Positions 16,374 to 26,607 of a stretch of 40,887 bases of DNA are shown here, piece by piece. Origin of the DNA: a virus (lineage: Duplodnaviria; Caudoviricetes). The DNA lies in IMG/VR virus record IMGVR_UViG_3300005326_000080, positions 1 to 40,887 of that record. One strand, given 5' to 3'. Within the stretch, counting starts at the first letter, position 1, and each line of letters opens with the position of its first letter. The position numbers and the translations under genes are program-made. Below the pieces are notes generated by a model that saw nothing but the letters and a program-made list of their open reading frames with translations, did not search any database and was not told where the DNA came from.

Positions 16374-17425
16374 GGATACTGTCTTTATCGGTAAAAGAAG
16401 AGCGTGGCGGATGCCACGAATGGCGGACGGAAGCTCCTGCACGGTATCTTCGTTCATTGGGTCATACAGTAGATACCGATACGATTGACACCATAACTCG
16501 GTATGATGCCGTTATATTGAACCGTAGTTTTCAAAATGATTTACCAAGGTTTGTGAGCAGGTGTCACCAGCTAGGCATAAAGGTCATCTATGACACAGAT
16601 GATTACATTCTAGGCATAGAGACTAACAACTGGTATTGGCAGAAGACAAATGATATGGTCAGAATCAGTATACGGTATCTTTTGGCTGAGGCAGACCTTG
16701 TCACGGTCTCGACAAATGAATTACAACGTCTTTATTCAGTACACACGAACAGACCAATAAAGGTTGTGCCAAACCTTATAGACCTTTCGTTGTGGTCTCC
16801 GCAACCCATCCCAAAAAGAAAAGTTCCAGTCGTAGGATGGGCGGGGTCTATGGCGCACGCTGCTGACCTCATAATGCCACTTGAAGTAGTACGCGACCTC
16901 CAGCATGAACTTGATTTTGAGTTTGTGTTATTCGGGGTAACAGAAGAGCTGATGGATACAGTAGATGAGCAAGACAAAAATCTCCCGTGGGTAAAAGAAT
17001 GGTTGGCCCTCCGGAAGACTTGTCATGAGATAAAAAACATACGGTATATCCCTAGTGTGACCTCGTATGGTGATTACAAAAAAATCCTTTCCGGTGAGAG
17101 ATTCGATATAGGTCTCGCGCCCCTATTGGATACGAGATTCAATCGAGCAAAGAGCGCGGTAAAACTCTATGAATATGTCGCTGCCGGGAGTCCTTGTATG
17201 GCGAGCGCGGTATTACCGTATGTAGGAACGGGGGCGCATACGGTTAAGAATAGATACCTGGTATGGAAACATGCCTTAGCTCGGTTCATAAACCATAAAG
17301 AAGAAAGAGTGGCACTCTATAACCACCAACTAGAGAAGGTGCGAGCTTATGCCACATTTGAAAGTAGCGGTAATATCGTAGAGGATATTTACTCGTCAAT
17401 CATAAAGGAGGAAGTACTCGCATGA
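16370..17425 (+). CDS. GT-B fold (GT4-like) glycosyltransferase within the virion operon
   Basis: KVIYDTDD, ADLVTVST, VGWAGS..H..DL, DIGLAPL...FN.AKS.VK.YEY. Confidence 0.85.
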   Translation: MRILSLSVKEERGGCHEWRTEAPARYLRSLGHTVDTDTIDTITRYDAVILNRSFQNDLPRFVSRCHQLGIKVIYDTDDYILGIETNNWYWQKTNDMVRISIRYLLAEADLVTVSTNELQRLYSVHTNRPIKVVPNLIDLSLWSPQPIPKRKVPVVGWAGSMAHAADLIMPLEVVRDLQHELDFEFVLFGVTEELMDTVDEQDKNLPWVKEWLALRKTCHEIKNIRYIPSVTSYGDYKKILSGERFDIGLAPLLDTRFNRAKSAVKLYEYVAAGSPCMASAVLPYVGTGAHTVKNRYLVWKHALARFINHKEERVALYNHQLEKVRAYATFESSGNIVEDIYSSIIKEEVLA

Positions 17426-17676
17426 GCATAGACGCTAAGGCGTGGGCTGCCATAATCGCCGGGTATATGCCTGCGGATACGACAGAGCCAGCGAGCGGGG
17501 CTGGACCCAATTACTATGGTTTCATCTCAGCAAACGGAGCCTGGTATATCTTGAAAGAAACGATAAGTGGCGAGGACGGTGCTTATCGTTTCGTCAAGGG
17601 TCAATCGGGTTATGAAACGGCGTGGGCAGCAAGGGCATCTTTAACCGGATATGCTCTTTTTAATGGTTTCTATTAG
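17422..17676 (+). CDS. Hypothetical virion-associated protein
   Basis: YYGF...GAWYI...YETAWAARASL; coupled to the GT gene. Confidence 0.65.
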   Translation: MSIDAKAWAAIIAGYMPADTTEPASGAGPNYYGFISANGAWYILKETISGEDGAYRFVKGQSGYETAWAARASLTGYALFNGFY

Positions 17677-17688
17677 GAGGTAGTTAGA

Positions 17689-18156
17689 ATGGATTTGAAT
17701 GAACTGACCGCAGAACTAAATGCAACAAATAACCGTCTTACAGAAGAGCTATCTGCCTTAGAGATAGCGACGAGAAAAGCGAATGAGGCGCACGTTGTCT
17801 TCTCAACGGAGTCAGCTCGGCTCAGAGAGAAAGAGTCTGAGTGTAAAGCGCGGCTTGCCACAATAGATTTAAAAGAAAGAGAGCTGGTGGCTAGAGAGGC
17901 TAACGCTCGTCGTAGCGAAGACCTCGAGGCCGGAGAAATAAGCCTCATCAAAAACAGAGACGCTTTTTCGAAAGAGACGGAAAGCACACGCGAAACTTTT
18001 AACGTCATCAAGCAGACACTAGACGTAAGAGAGGCTAAAGTGTCTGCTAGAGAGCGCGATATCGAACAGCGCGAGACTAATCTAGCCGAAAGAGAGGCAA
18101 ACTATCGGGCGGAAATCGAGAGAGAAATCATCGCTAAGGTAGATAAGAGCAAATAA
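17689..18156 (+). CDS. Coiled-coil protein
   Basis: E/R-rich heptads; SD AGGAGG. Confidence 0.7.
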   Translation: MDLNELTAELNATNNRLTEELSALEIATRKANEAHVVFSTESARLREKESECKARLATIDLKERELVAREANARRSEDLEAGEISLIKNRDAFSKETESTRETFNVIKQTLDVREAKVSARERDIEQRETNLAEREANYRAEIEREIIAKVDKSK

Positions 18157-18167
18157 AGGGGCTTAAA

Positions 18168-19772
18168 ATGGCGTCCAGATTCAATCCATTCACGAGGGCC
18201 AGAGACTACACCGGGCCTGCCGGTAGCCCCGGTAGCTTGCCTGACACGACTGCTGAAAATGATTTTATAGTAGGCTCTTCTACTATTGGAACGTGGGTCA
18301 AAAAGTCTTTAGCTCAGACCATCACCATATTGAGAGGGAGTCTTGACTCTGTTTACACCACTCTCACGGCTGTCAAGGCCGATACTGATGTAGCAAGTGC
18401 CATCTCGTTAAAACACGCAAGCGGCTCCGACGACCAAGACCTATCTGGCCTGAAAGAGTCTACCTTTGTTGTGGCTCCATCTGGGGGCGACTATACAGAC
18501 ATACAGACCGCAATCGACGCTCTTCCCTCAACAGGAGGGAAAATCGTCGTAATGGCCGGGACTTATACCCCGACTGCCGACATAACACTCAACAAAGCCA
18601 ATACGATACTTGAGGGGTGTGGAAACAGCACAATCATTCAATCAAGCACAAATGCTGTTAACGCCGGAGTGATAAAGATGACGGCAGCTGGATGTGTCGT
18701 TAGGAATATGAAAGTGGCCGGTTCTAGGGCTACCTACCCCAACGCGCGCGGAATCGTAATGGCCGCCGATTATTGCGTTATCGAACAGGTCAATGTCGTT
18801 GACGTGGGCAAAGACGGGATCAAGTGTGAGGGAGCTAATTACGGGATAATCAGAGACAACAAAATCGGCAGTATGACTGATGCTGACAAAGTGGGTCAAG
18901 ACGGGATATGGTTAGATTTGACTTCGACCAATTGTCTAGTCCAAGGGAACACCGTCGTCAAGGCCTTGTGCGTCGGGATAGAAGCCGATAGTTCCTGCCA
19001 CCACGTGAAGATAGTGAATAATATGATGCTCTATTGCGCCGAAAACGGCGACGACACCTGGGGCGGAATGAAGGTTCTCGGCAACCAGGGCGGGATAATA
19101 AGTGGGAACGTTATCCAGTCTAGTTACCAGCACGGCATATATGTCCTAAACAGCGCGGACGACCTTTCGATACACGACAATTCAATTTATTCTTGCGGCA
19201 AGCACGGGATATGGTTAAGCGGAGTCTCAAATTGCCAGGTTGTCGGCAATAAGTTCTGGGGTTCATGGGGCGACACGAACACTTATGACGCTATCAACAT
19301 ATCGGGGAACGCCAACAACAACCTTGTGTCTAGCAACATCGGAGTAACGGCAAAATACCGGTATGGCATCAATATAGTCGATTCTACCTGTGATACCAAT
19401 GCCGTTATCGGTAATAGGTTTGCTAGTTGTGGGACTGGCGAAATAAACGATGCCGGTACTGGAACGGTCAAATTGGGGGATAGCGCAGCCAAGAACGTTG
19501 GAACGGGGTCGACAAACGTAGCTGCTGGCGACCACGCCCACACAGGAACATATGCCCCCGTCCTGGGGAATGATGACAACTACGTCACAGACACGGAAAA
19601 GTCGGCACTCCACGCAGCAGGGTCAGATACTTCCCTGGGGAGTGGGGCGGTAGCTCTCGACCACGGCACGGCAGCAACCGACATGATAGTAAACGTATGT
19701 TATGGAACGGGTGACCCTCCCACAGCAAGTGACACGACCGAGGGTGCTTTATACGTCAAGTATACGGCCTAA
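18168..19772 (+). CDS. Tailspike / right-handed beta-helix (pectate-lyase-like) receptor-binding protein
   Basis: GDYTDIQTAIDAL...GGKIVVMAGTY cap, then PbH1-like GI.L....N..I.GN repeats. Confidence 0.8.
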   Translation: MASRFNPFTRARDYTGPAGSPGSLPDTTAENDFIVGSSTIGTWVKKSLAQTITILRGSLDSVYTTLTAVKADTDVASAISLKHASGSDDQDLSGLKESTFVVAPSGGDYTDIQTAIDALPSTGGKIVVMAGTYTPTADITLNKANTILEGCGNSTIIQSSTNAVNAGVIKMTAAGCVVRNMKVAGSRATYPNARGIVMAADYCVIEQVNVVDVGKDGIKCEGANYGIIRDNKIGSMTDADKVGQDGIWLDLTSTNCLVQGNTVVKALCVGIEADSSCHHVKIVNNMMLYCAENGDDTWGGMKVLGNQGGIISGNVIQSSYQHGIYVLNSADDLSIHDNSIYSCGKHGIWLSGVSNCQVVGNKFWGSWGDTNTYDAINISGNANNNLVSSNIGVTAKYRYGINIVDSTCDTNAVIGNRFASCGTGEINDAGTGTVKLGDSAAKNVGTGSTNVAAGDHAHTGTYAPVLGNDDNYVTDTEKSALHAAGSDTSLGSGAVALDHGTAATDMIVNVCYGTGDPPTASDTTEGALYVKYTA

Positions 19773-19773
19773 C

Positions 19774-20451
19774 ATGATAGAACGAGTAGACCGTAGGGGT
19801 TATGACCATAAAGTATATGAGGTAGCACCAGGCAAGTTCACGGCTGAAATACAGCGCGGCGTTCACTACTTCGATACCGATAAGACTTTCAAGCCCTGTA
19901 ACGTAAATCATCAAACACAAGACTTTATGACGGGTAGATTCTCTGATGAGGTCTTTGCCAACCAGATGCCCTTTAGAGTGTCAAGAACAGATGGCAGACT
20001 TCGGATATACCCCGTATGGAATGATTACAGCCAATGGGTAGAGCTTATCGAACCGACCCTTAGTGCTTTAACCTGGACTAAAACAGCCAACATCATCTCG
20101 GCTACTTCAACCAAAGTTAATCCGAAGATAATCTCGACCCCCGAGGGGTTGACCCTAGAGTTTCTAATCAAATCAAACAAGCTCGTAGGTCATTCGTTTG
20201 ATGTTGCGGCTAATGGGATAACCGCCGTGAAGTCTGATTTGATTTACCTCAAAGACAAAGAGGGAACGACCCAGGCACAGGTTCAGGCGTACGGTACGGA
20301 TAGTTCGGCTGAACCTAAAAGCGTTCCCGTGACCCTCGCCTTGTCTGCTGGGAAATTGAATGTATCTTACAGCCCGACAGGGCTTGTCTATCCCGTGACG
20401 GTGGGGGTAAGCCTTGTTTCGTGGGTTGTTGACCCAGGGACGGTGGAATAA
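19774..20451 (+). CDS. Hypothetical beta-rich virion protein
   Basis: In the tail region; start placed at the ATG just after the tailspike stop (uncertain). Confidence 0.6.
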   Translation: MIERVDRRGYDHKVYEVAPGKFTAEIQRGVHYFDTDKTFKPCNVNHQTQDFMTGRFSDEVFANQMPFRVSRTDGRLRIYPVWNDYSQWVELIEPTLSALTWTKTANIISATSTKVNPKIISTPEGLTLEFLIKSNKLVGHSFDVAANGITAVKSDLIYLKDKEGTTQAQVQAYGTDSSAEPKSVPVTLALSAGKLNVSYSPTGLVYPVTVGVSLVSWVVDPGTVE

Positions 20452-21176
20452 TGGCTAGTCCACAGACGATACAGCCATATAACGTAACGGCGTATATAGA
20501 TAGTTCTGATAAGACAAGCCACAATGTCGGCGGGTTCTTATATGTAGGTTGTTTGTATTCTGGTTATGAGCTTCGGGCTGGCGGTACATTTGACATTTCC
20601 GCAGTTATCCCCGCCGGGTCAACAATAACTGCTGCGAATGGTCAGTATATCGTGCACCAACATGGCAGCGGCGCCGAGGGAATGACCTTTAATCTTTCTC
20701 AAATAGTGCGCGACGATTTCAATAACGCACAATTCACATGGAATATTTTCAAAACAGGTTCTAACTGGGGAACGGCTGGCTGCAAAAACGCGGTTAGCGA
20801 TTACACAACCACCAATCAAGGTTCTGCGACAATGCCAAATCCAGTTGTTGATGGCAATTGGATTAGCTTTGGGGTCATCGCGTTACTGCAAGATGTTCTA
20901 GATAATCATTCAGGGCTCATGAATTGGATTCTATGGGCAAGCTCCGTAACTGTTAATCAGTATGTTTTATTTCATTCATCTTATTGGAGTACAGCAAGCG
21001 AACGCCCCAAGCTCTACCTGGAATGGACAGAACCGGTCACGGGGACGAACTGCAAAATCAACATCGGGGACACCTTTAAGGACATAACCGAGATGAAGAT
21101 AAACATAGGGGACGCTTGGAAGGTAGTAAGTAATGTGTACATCAATATTGGCGATACCTGGAAAACTGTATTTTAG
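20451..21176 (+). CDS. DNRLRE/CBM-like domain tail-associated protein
   Basis: FDISAVIPAGSTITAA, TWN...W...G, F.SS.....ERPKL; three C-terminal INIGDx(F/W)K repeats. Confidence 0.6.
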   Translation: MASPQTIQPYNVTAYIDSSDKTSHNVGGFLYVGCLYSGYELRAGGTFDISAVIPAGSTITAANGQYIVHQHGSGAEGMTFNLSQIVRDDFNNAQFTWNIFKTGSNWGTAGCKNAVSDYTTTNQGSATMPNPVVDGNWISFGVIALLQDVLDNHSGLMNWILWASSVTVNQYVLFHSSYWSTASERPKLYLEWTEPVTGTNCKINIGDTFKDITEMKINIGDAWKVVSNVYINIGDTWKTVF

Positions 21177-21184
21177 GAGAATAG

Positions 21185-22360
21185 ATGGCAAGCATATTAA
21201 AAAAGGCAAGCATTGATAAGATTGAAGATGGTTATGTAAGTGTTCTAAATCCAGACGTTGCGGGGAACCCCAGGAGTTACTTAAGCTCCGCCGTTGCTGC
21301 GGGAGCCACCACGATTAACCTGGTCAATTCTGCGAGCTTTGCGGTCAATGATTATTGTTTAATTGGGAAGATGGGCGATGAAAAAACAGAACTTGTAAAA
21401 ATCGCCACAATCCCAGGTAACACCAGTATCACATGTGGTGCAACTAAGTTTCCTCATTCGGTAGATACCCAATTTATTTTAATAGGGACAAACCAAATAA
21501 GGGTGTATTCTGCTTCTAGCAAAACTGGTAGTTATGTTCTCCGGCATACTTTTGACATAACACCCGACGATATTACAACGGATTGGGAAGATGTTGATTG
21601 GCTACCCACGGATTATTACAAAGTGGCGTATTATAACTCCACCACAGCCGCAGAAAGTCATCAGCTTTCTGGGGCTGTTGCTGGGACCGGTCACACGTTC
21701 TTCTCTCGTAAAAGAATCGCAGACCGGATACTGGCTGTTTGTCGTGATGAGAGCGGAGCAGCATTCCCGCGGAGTGACGTGAACGATTGGGTAAACGAAG
21801 TCGTCGAGTTCTTCTGTAACACGATATTGTCAATCGACGAAGAGTTTTTTCTGACGGATACGGGAGAGACGACTGCTGCGGCACAGCTGGTCAGTCTTCC
21901 GACAGGATTCAGGAATCTCAAAAGACTTTGGGTGGCATATGATGGGACAACGTATTATCCAGCACAAAGGGTTCTTGTCCAAGACGATGAACCAGACCGC
22001 ACATATGATGCTGCACAACCGAGGTATATCTTTGATGCTGATGACAAATTAAGCATTAATCCATGGCAGAGCGGGACAAAGTATAGGCTAATCTATACGG
22101 CGAATCCGACAATTTTGACGGATGATGCAGACGAGATTCCGACGATTCTCAGAAGCTACACGCGGGCTTTTGTTGATTATGGGTTGTATCGTTCAAGTGT
22201 TGCCGAGGGCAAAGCCCCGAAGGGTGCTCCCCTGCCGCCCAGCGTCACGGAGGCAGAAAAACAGATTAAGGCCCAGGTATCTAACAGGAAAAGTGATTAT
22301 CCTGATGAGATAGGTAGGGACGAAATGACCATGACTGAGATGGTCGAAGGGCTTTATTAA
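21185..22360 (+). CDS. Putative head-tail adaptor with N-terminal extension
   Basis: Position before the nozzle; C-terminal half resembles podovirus adaptors (LPTGF, LTDDADEIP, FVDYGL). Confidence 0.55.
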   Translation: MASILKKASIDKIEDGYVSVLNPDVAGNPRSYLSSAVAAGATTINLVNSASFAVNDYCLIGKMGDEKTELVKIATIPGNTSITCGATKFPHSVDTQFILIGTNQIRVYSASSKTGSYVLRHTFDITPDDITTDWEDVDWLPTDYYKVAYYNSTTAAESHQLSGAVAGTGHTFFSRKRIADRILAVCRDESGAAFPRSDVNDWVNEVVEFFCNTILSIDEEFFLTDTGETTAAAQLVSLPTGFRNLKRLWVAYDGTTYYPAQRVLVQDDEPDRTYDAAQPRYIFDADDKLSINPWQSGTKYRLIYTANPTILTDDADEIPTILRSYTRAFVDYGLYRSSVAEGKAPKGAPLPPSVTEAEKQIKAQVSNRKSDYPDEIGRDEMTMTEMVEGLY

Positions 22361-23770
22361 ATGGCTACCAAAGACGGCGCACAAAGAATATTTAATCTAG
22401 GATGTATGGTGCGGGACGTAAACCCGTATGTAGCCGACCCATCACACCCCACATTGATTCTTAATATGGTTGCTGACTCTGAGGGTCTGCTATCACAAAG
22501 AGATGGAACCACGTTGTTCTTGAATGCTCCGGCTGCCACGGCTAACCTTGCTCTCATCAAGTTCTATAAACCTGACGGTACGAGATTCTTGTTCATGCAG
22601 CAAGGGACAAAACTCTATAAGTATTCCGGGTCTGGCACGACATGGACGGAATGTAAGACCGGGTTGACTGCTATTAAGTTGCGCGGCGTCGCTCTCGCCG
22701 GAAAGATGTTTTTCACGAACGGGACCGACACCGTGTTTTATACAACAGATGGCACTACATTTACAGATGTAGCTACCGCGCCCAAGGGTCTTTATTGTTG
22801 TGAATACCAGAATCGAATCTTTATCACAGGAGTATCCGGTGCTCCGAATAGAATCTATTTCTCAAAGACGAACGATGGGACGGATTGGACGGTAGATATC
22901 TATGACCCTTCGGCAGCCGGATTCTTTGATTGTTCCCCGGACTATAAAGGGCAACCATATGCCATAATCAATGCTTTTAATCGTGCGACAACGATAAAAG
23001 AGGGTGGAATATGGGCATACGACATGAACGCCAACAACCCCATTTTGAGTGCCAATGGTACGACATTCCCAGATGCCATCTGCGAAACTGATAGGGGATT
23101 TATGTTCTTCTCGACAAGCGGGATTTATCTGTACCGTGGTGCTGCTCCTACACCACAGGATATGGAGATAAGAAGCATCACCAGTAGTGTCTCGACGCCG
23201 ACGACCGGCGTACCGGCTGCGTTCTTCGACCATAAATATATCGTCTTTGTCGGTGATTTAACCATAGACGACTTATCACTCACGAATTGTTGCATAGTCT
23301 ACGACGAAGTGAGAGATGGTTATTATATCTGGTCTTTCCCATGGGCGATAACAAGCATGGAGAGGTTTGCTACCACGAGTGGCGGAGCTGAGAAGTTATA
23401 TCTAGGAACTGCCACGGGTCAGGTATATTATATGGATAGAACAACAGTTGTAACAGGAGATAATGGCGCGGCGATTCAATATATTATTCGGTTCGCAGGA
23501 TTCCATGCGGGGCGTCCAGAGCGTCGCAAGGATTATGAACGGATGCATGTTTTTACGAATCCCGGCACAGGAGCACAGGTTATGTATAAAGCAGATGACA
23601 TGACTGGCTATAGACCACTTACTGATTGTGTCGAGTATATCAACTCGGAATCTTTGGGACCGAATGGTGCAGGGAAAAAGATGTTATACACCGCTATAGA
23701 ACACAACTCTACGTCATTATTCGAGGTCAGAGGATATGCAATAAGCGCGACCGTTAAAGAAGAGGCATAG
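22361..23770 (+). CDS. Putative tail nozzle / DNA-stabilisation protein (P22 gp10-like beta-propeller)
   Basis: YQNRIFI...NRIYFS propeller-like blades; synteny. Confidence 0.6.
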   Translation: MATKDGAQRIFNLGCMVRDVNPYVADPSHPTLILNMVADSEGLLSQRDGTTLFLNAPAATANLALIKFYKPDGTRFLFMQQGTKLYKYSGSGTTWTECKTGLTAIKLRGVALAGKMFFTNGTDTVFYTTDGTTFTDVATAPKGLYCCEYQNRIFITGVSGAPNRIYFSKTNDGTDWTVDIYDPSAAGFFDCSPDYKGQPYAIINAFNRATTIKEGGIWAYDMNANNPILSANGTTFPDAICETDRGFMFFSTSGIYLYRGAAPTPQDMEIRSITSSVSTPTTGVPAAFFDHKYIVFVGDLTIDDLSLTNCCIVYDEVRDGYYIWSFPWAITSMERFATTSGGAEKLYLGTATGQVYYMDRTTVVTGDNGAAIQYIIRFAGFHAGRPERRKDYERMHVFTNPGTGAQVMYKADDMTGYRPLTDCVEYINSESLGPNGAGKKMLYTAIEHNSTSLFEVRGYAISATVKEEA

Positions 23771-23772
23771 TA

Positions 23773-24633
23773 GTGCAGGCATATGAAGAGCTTATAAAGA
23801 TAATCAAAAAGCAACAAAAGACACTAGATGAGGTTACTAATCTGCTTGAGGCCAGCAGGTCTAACCCATCTTTGTTATTCGGCGATGGGGTTTTAGGGAA
23901 TCTTACTATGCCTCCCGACGTTCAGAACGGAATCGCGGCGGTTATTCCTACCGGTGGAGTGATAATGTGGGCCGCAGCAGACCCGGCTATGTACACAGTT
24001 CAAACTCCTCCGGCTGGGTTCTTGCTTTGTGACGGGGCATCATACCCCAACAACCAATACCCTAGTCTTGCGTCAACCATATTCAATACGTATGGGTATG
24101 GGACAGGCAAGACATTTACGGCAAACGCTTCCACCGACGTTATCACTTGTGCTGGGCATGGTTATACGGATGACGATATCGTGTATCTAACAACAGATGG
24201 AGCGTTGCCTTCTGGGTTGACATACGGGAAGCTGTATTATGTCGTTTCAGCTACAACCAACACATTCAAACTAAGCCTTTTGGCGTCAGGCAGCCCCATA
24301 GACATAACTGACGCAGGGACTTCTACGCATTATGTTTATAGCACGTTTCTTGTGCCGAATCTCGCCGGTAGACTTCCGCTTGGTCTAAAAACATTGGACG
24401 CTGAATACCCCACAATGGGAGCTACTGGCGGAGAAAAAACACACCAGCTTACTATCGCAGAACTGGCAGCCCACGACCACGGGTTAGCTGCGGCTGGGGC
24501 TTTTGGCAACACGGGAGGCGCAGAGTACCATCTTGGGACGGGAAGAACAGTTGTCTCGGAATCGGTTGGTAGTGGGACTGCTCATAACAATATGCCGCCA
24601 TATCTGGTGGTATCGTTTATTATAAAAACATAA
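23773..24633 (+). CDS. Tail collar domain fibre protein
   Basis: PAGFLLCDGASY...YPSL, VPNLAGR, GGEKTHQLT..EL..HDH, HNNMPPYLVVSFIIKT. Confidence 0.85.
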   Translation: MQAYEELIKIIKKQQKTLDEVTNLLEASRSNPSLLFGDGVLGNLTMPPDVQNGIAAVIPTGGVIMWAAADPAMYTVQTPPAGFLLCDGASYPNNQYPSLASTIFNTYGYGTGKTFTANASTDVITCAGHGYTDDDIVYLTTDGALPSGLTYGKLYYVVSATTNTFKLSLLASGSPIDITDAGTSTHYVYSTFLVPNLAGRLPLGLKTLDAEYPTMGATGGEKTHQLTIAELAAHDHGLAAAGAFGNTGGAEYHLGTGRTVVSESVGSGTAHNNMPPYLVVSFIIKT

Positions 24634-24650
24634 AAGGAGTTGGTAAAAAC

Positions 24651-25541
24651 ATGGCAAGTCCAGTTGACGATGTAATGTTCCAGCGAACAGCGGGACGAGT
24701 TACGTCACCGTTAACATCTCTGGGGCAAGGACAACCGATTGGCATTCCTGGTGGGGAGACATTTACACCAATCCCCTCCCCTGGGGTAGAGTTCAAAGAA
24801 GGAGAGTTCTACCAGCAACCGGATGACGCCATTGTGTATCAATACTATGGTGGGCAACTGCATGCGCTGAACGGTCAAGAAGAAGCAAAAAAATGGGGGC
24901 TTGAGCTTGGCGGCACTCCGTATGGCTCACGTTATACGAACGTCAACTACCTCGATAAGCTAAAGCCCCCGCCGGGAGGAATCGGAACAATCGGCGGCAA
25001 AGACCCGAATGAGATTAAGACGGGGCAGGCATACCAAGAATCACGCGATGTTATCTCTGGGAATCTTCCGATAATCCAGCAGCGGTATCAACGCATAATG
25101 GACGAGATAAATAAAGCACAAGAAACTGGACTTAGTGCCGTCGAGAGACAGAACCGTGGAGCTACTGGACGAGTAACGGCTGATATGGCTGCCAAAGGAA
25201 TCACCGGCGGGAGTCAAGAGCAAGGTCTACAAATCCAGGCAGGAGAAGCATACTCTAGGGGCGTTTCAGATTTAATGGGCAGTATGAGCGCACTCAGGTC
25301 TGCCGCCGCAGAGGAGTCTCTGCTTAAAGAACAAGGAATCAGAGAGCTTTTAGCACAGTCGAAGATATCAGAGGTTGATAAGGTATCTGCAAACCGGCTT
25401 GCACAGGAACAATGGGCGTTAGAAGAGAAGATAGGGAACGAGAATATCCTATCGTCTATCCAGGACAGAGTAATAAACGACTTTAAGATGAAACTACAGC
25501 AACTTCTTGTAAGTATGGGTCAATACCAGGCGGTGAGTTAA
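24651..25541 (+). CDS. Putative internal virion (ejection) protein
   Basis: Gln/Ala/Gly-rich helical C-terminal half; first of three large ORFs after the tail genes. Confidence 0.55.
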   Translation: MASPVDDVMFQRTAGRVTSPLTSLGQGQPIGIPGGETFTPIPSPGVEFKEGEFYQQPDDAIVYQYYGGQLHALNGQEEAKKWGLELGGTPYGSRYTNVNYLDKLKPPPGGIGTIGGKDPNEIKTGQAYQESRDVISGNLPIIQQRYQRIMDEINKAQETGLSAVERQNRGATGRVTADMAAKGITGGSQEQGLQIQAGEAYSRGVSDLMGSMSALRSAAAEESLLKEQGIRELLAQSKISEVDKVSANRLAQEQWALEEKIGNENILSSIQDRVINDFKMKLQQLLVSMGQYQAVS

Positions 25542-25542
25542 C

Positions 25543-26595
25543 GTGGGAGATTTATATTCTGATTACGAGAACAACCTAAGACAGCAGTATGACATGATTC
25601 TCAACGGGATATCTGGCTCTTTAAGCCAACAAGCACAATCAGGCGGAGGCAGCGGCGGTGGCGGTGGGAGCAGCGAAGTCGGCCCGATTGAATACACCGA
25701 AAACGAGGATGGTTCGGTCAACCGTGATTTTTCTCCATCAGAGGTTGCTGACCCATTCGGTGATTTTGGGGTAAGCCCCGGTGATAATTACACCAATCCA
25801 GATATAACCCTTAAGTGGGATAAAGACCAGCAAAGGTATGTTCCAACGTACACAATGAAACCGACAAGCCCTGCTGTTGAGAATGTGCGTACAGCAGGAA
25901 CTCTCCGCGAAAGGTTGAGCGGTTTTAGAAGTGGGAATGCGCCGATGACAACTCCCGGTGCTTCTATGGCGGAGAACGCCCCTTTGACCCCGGAAGAGAA
26001 TATGTTAGCCGAGATGGTCCGCAAAGGACAGGGCGAGCAAGCTATGGAGTATATCAGGGGGACATATCCCGGCAAGGGCGTTGAGGGCATAGACGCTCGC
26101 GGGCAAGCTACATGGCAGCGCGTTCAGCGGGCTTATTCTAACACACAATCAATGCGGGATAAGATATACGAACAACATATCAATCAGATTGTCCAACAGC
26201 TCCCGAAAGAACAACAAGCTGAGGCCAAAAGACATTATATCGAGCAGGTTTCACAAGCAGCGAAAGACCCAAAGGCAACTCATCAGAATATAATCGATGA
26301 CCTTAATGCTATAAAGAAAGAACAGAGCTTGCGGATTAATGCTGCAAAAACCAATGCTAACAAGACGAAGAAACAAAAGACAGAAGATAAATCTTCCAAT
26401 AAGAAGTACGTGGAGAAAAGAACCAATGAACAGGGTGAATACAAACCAGGGGAGACCCTTGTAAGGGGTCTTACAAATCGGCGTGAAGGATATGGTAGCC
26501 GTGGTGCTTGGGCAAAAGCGATGAGGAGCGAAGGATTCAGCGAAGCGGCGATTTTAGCGGCAGCCGAAAGACTAGATAAACGAGGCATACAATAA
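25543..26595 (+). CDS. Putative internal virion (ejection) protein
   Basis: Gly linker, low-complexity helical composition; synteny. Confidence 0.5.
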   Translation: MGDLYSDYENNLRQQYDMILNGISGSLSQQAQSGGGSGGGGGSSEVGPIEYTENEDGSVNRDFSPSEVADPFGDFGVSPGDNYTNPDITLKWDKDQQRYVPTYTMKPTSPAVENVRTAGTLRERLSGFRSGNAPMTTPGASMAENAPLTPEENMLAEMVRKGQGEQAMEYIRGTYPGKGVEGIDARGQATWQRVQRAYSNTQSMRDKIYEQHINQIVQQLPKEQQAEAKRHYIEQVSQAAKDPKATHQNIIDDLNAIKKEQSLRINAAKTNANKTKKQKTEDKSSNKKYVEKRTNEQGEYKPGETLVRGLTNRREGYGSRGAWAKAMRSEGFSEAAILAAAERLDKRGIQ

Positions 26596-26607
26596 GGGAC
26601 GGCTAAA

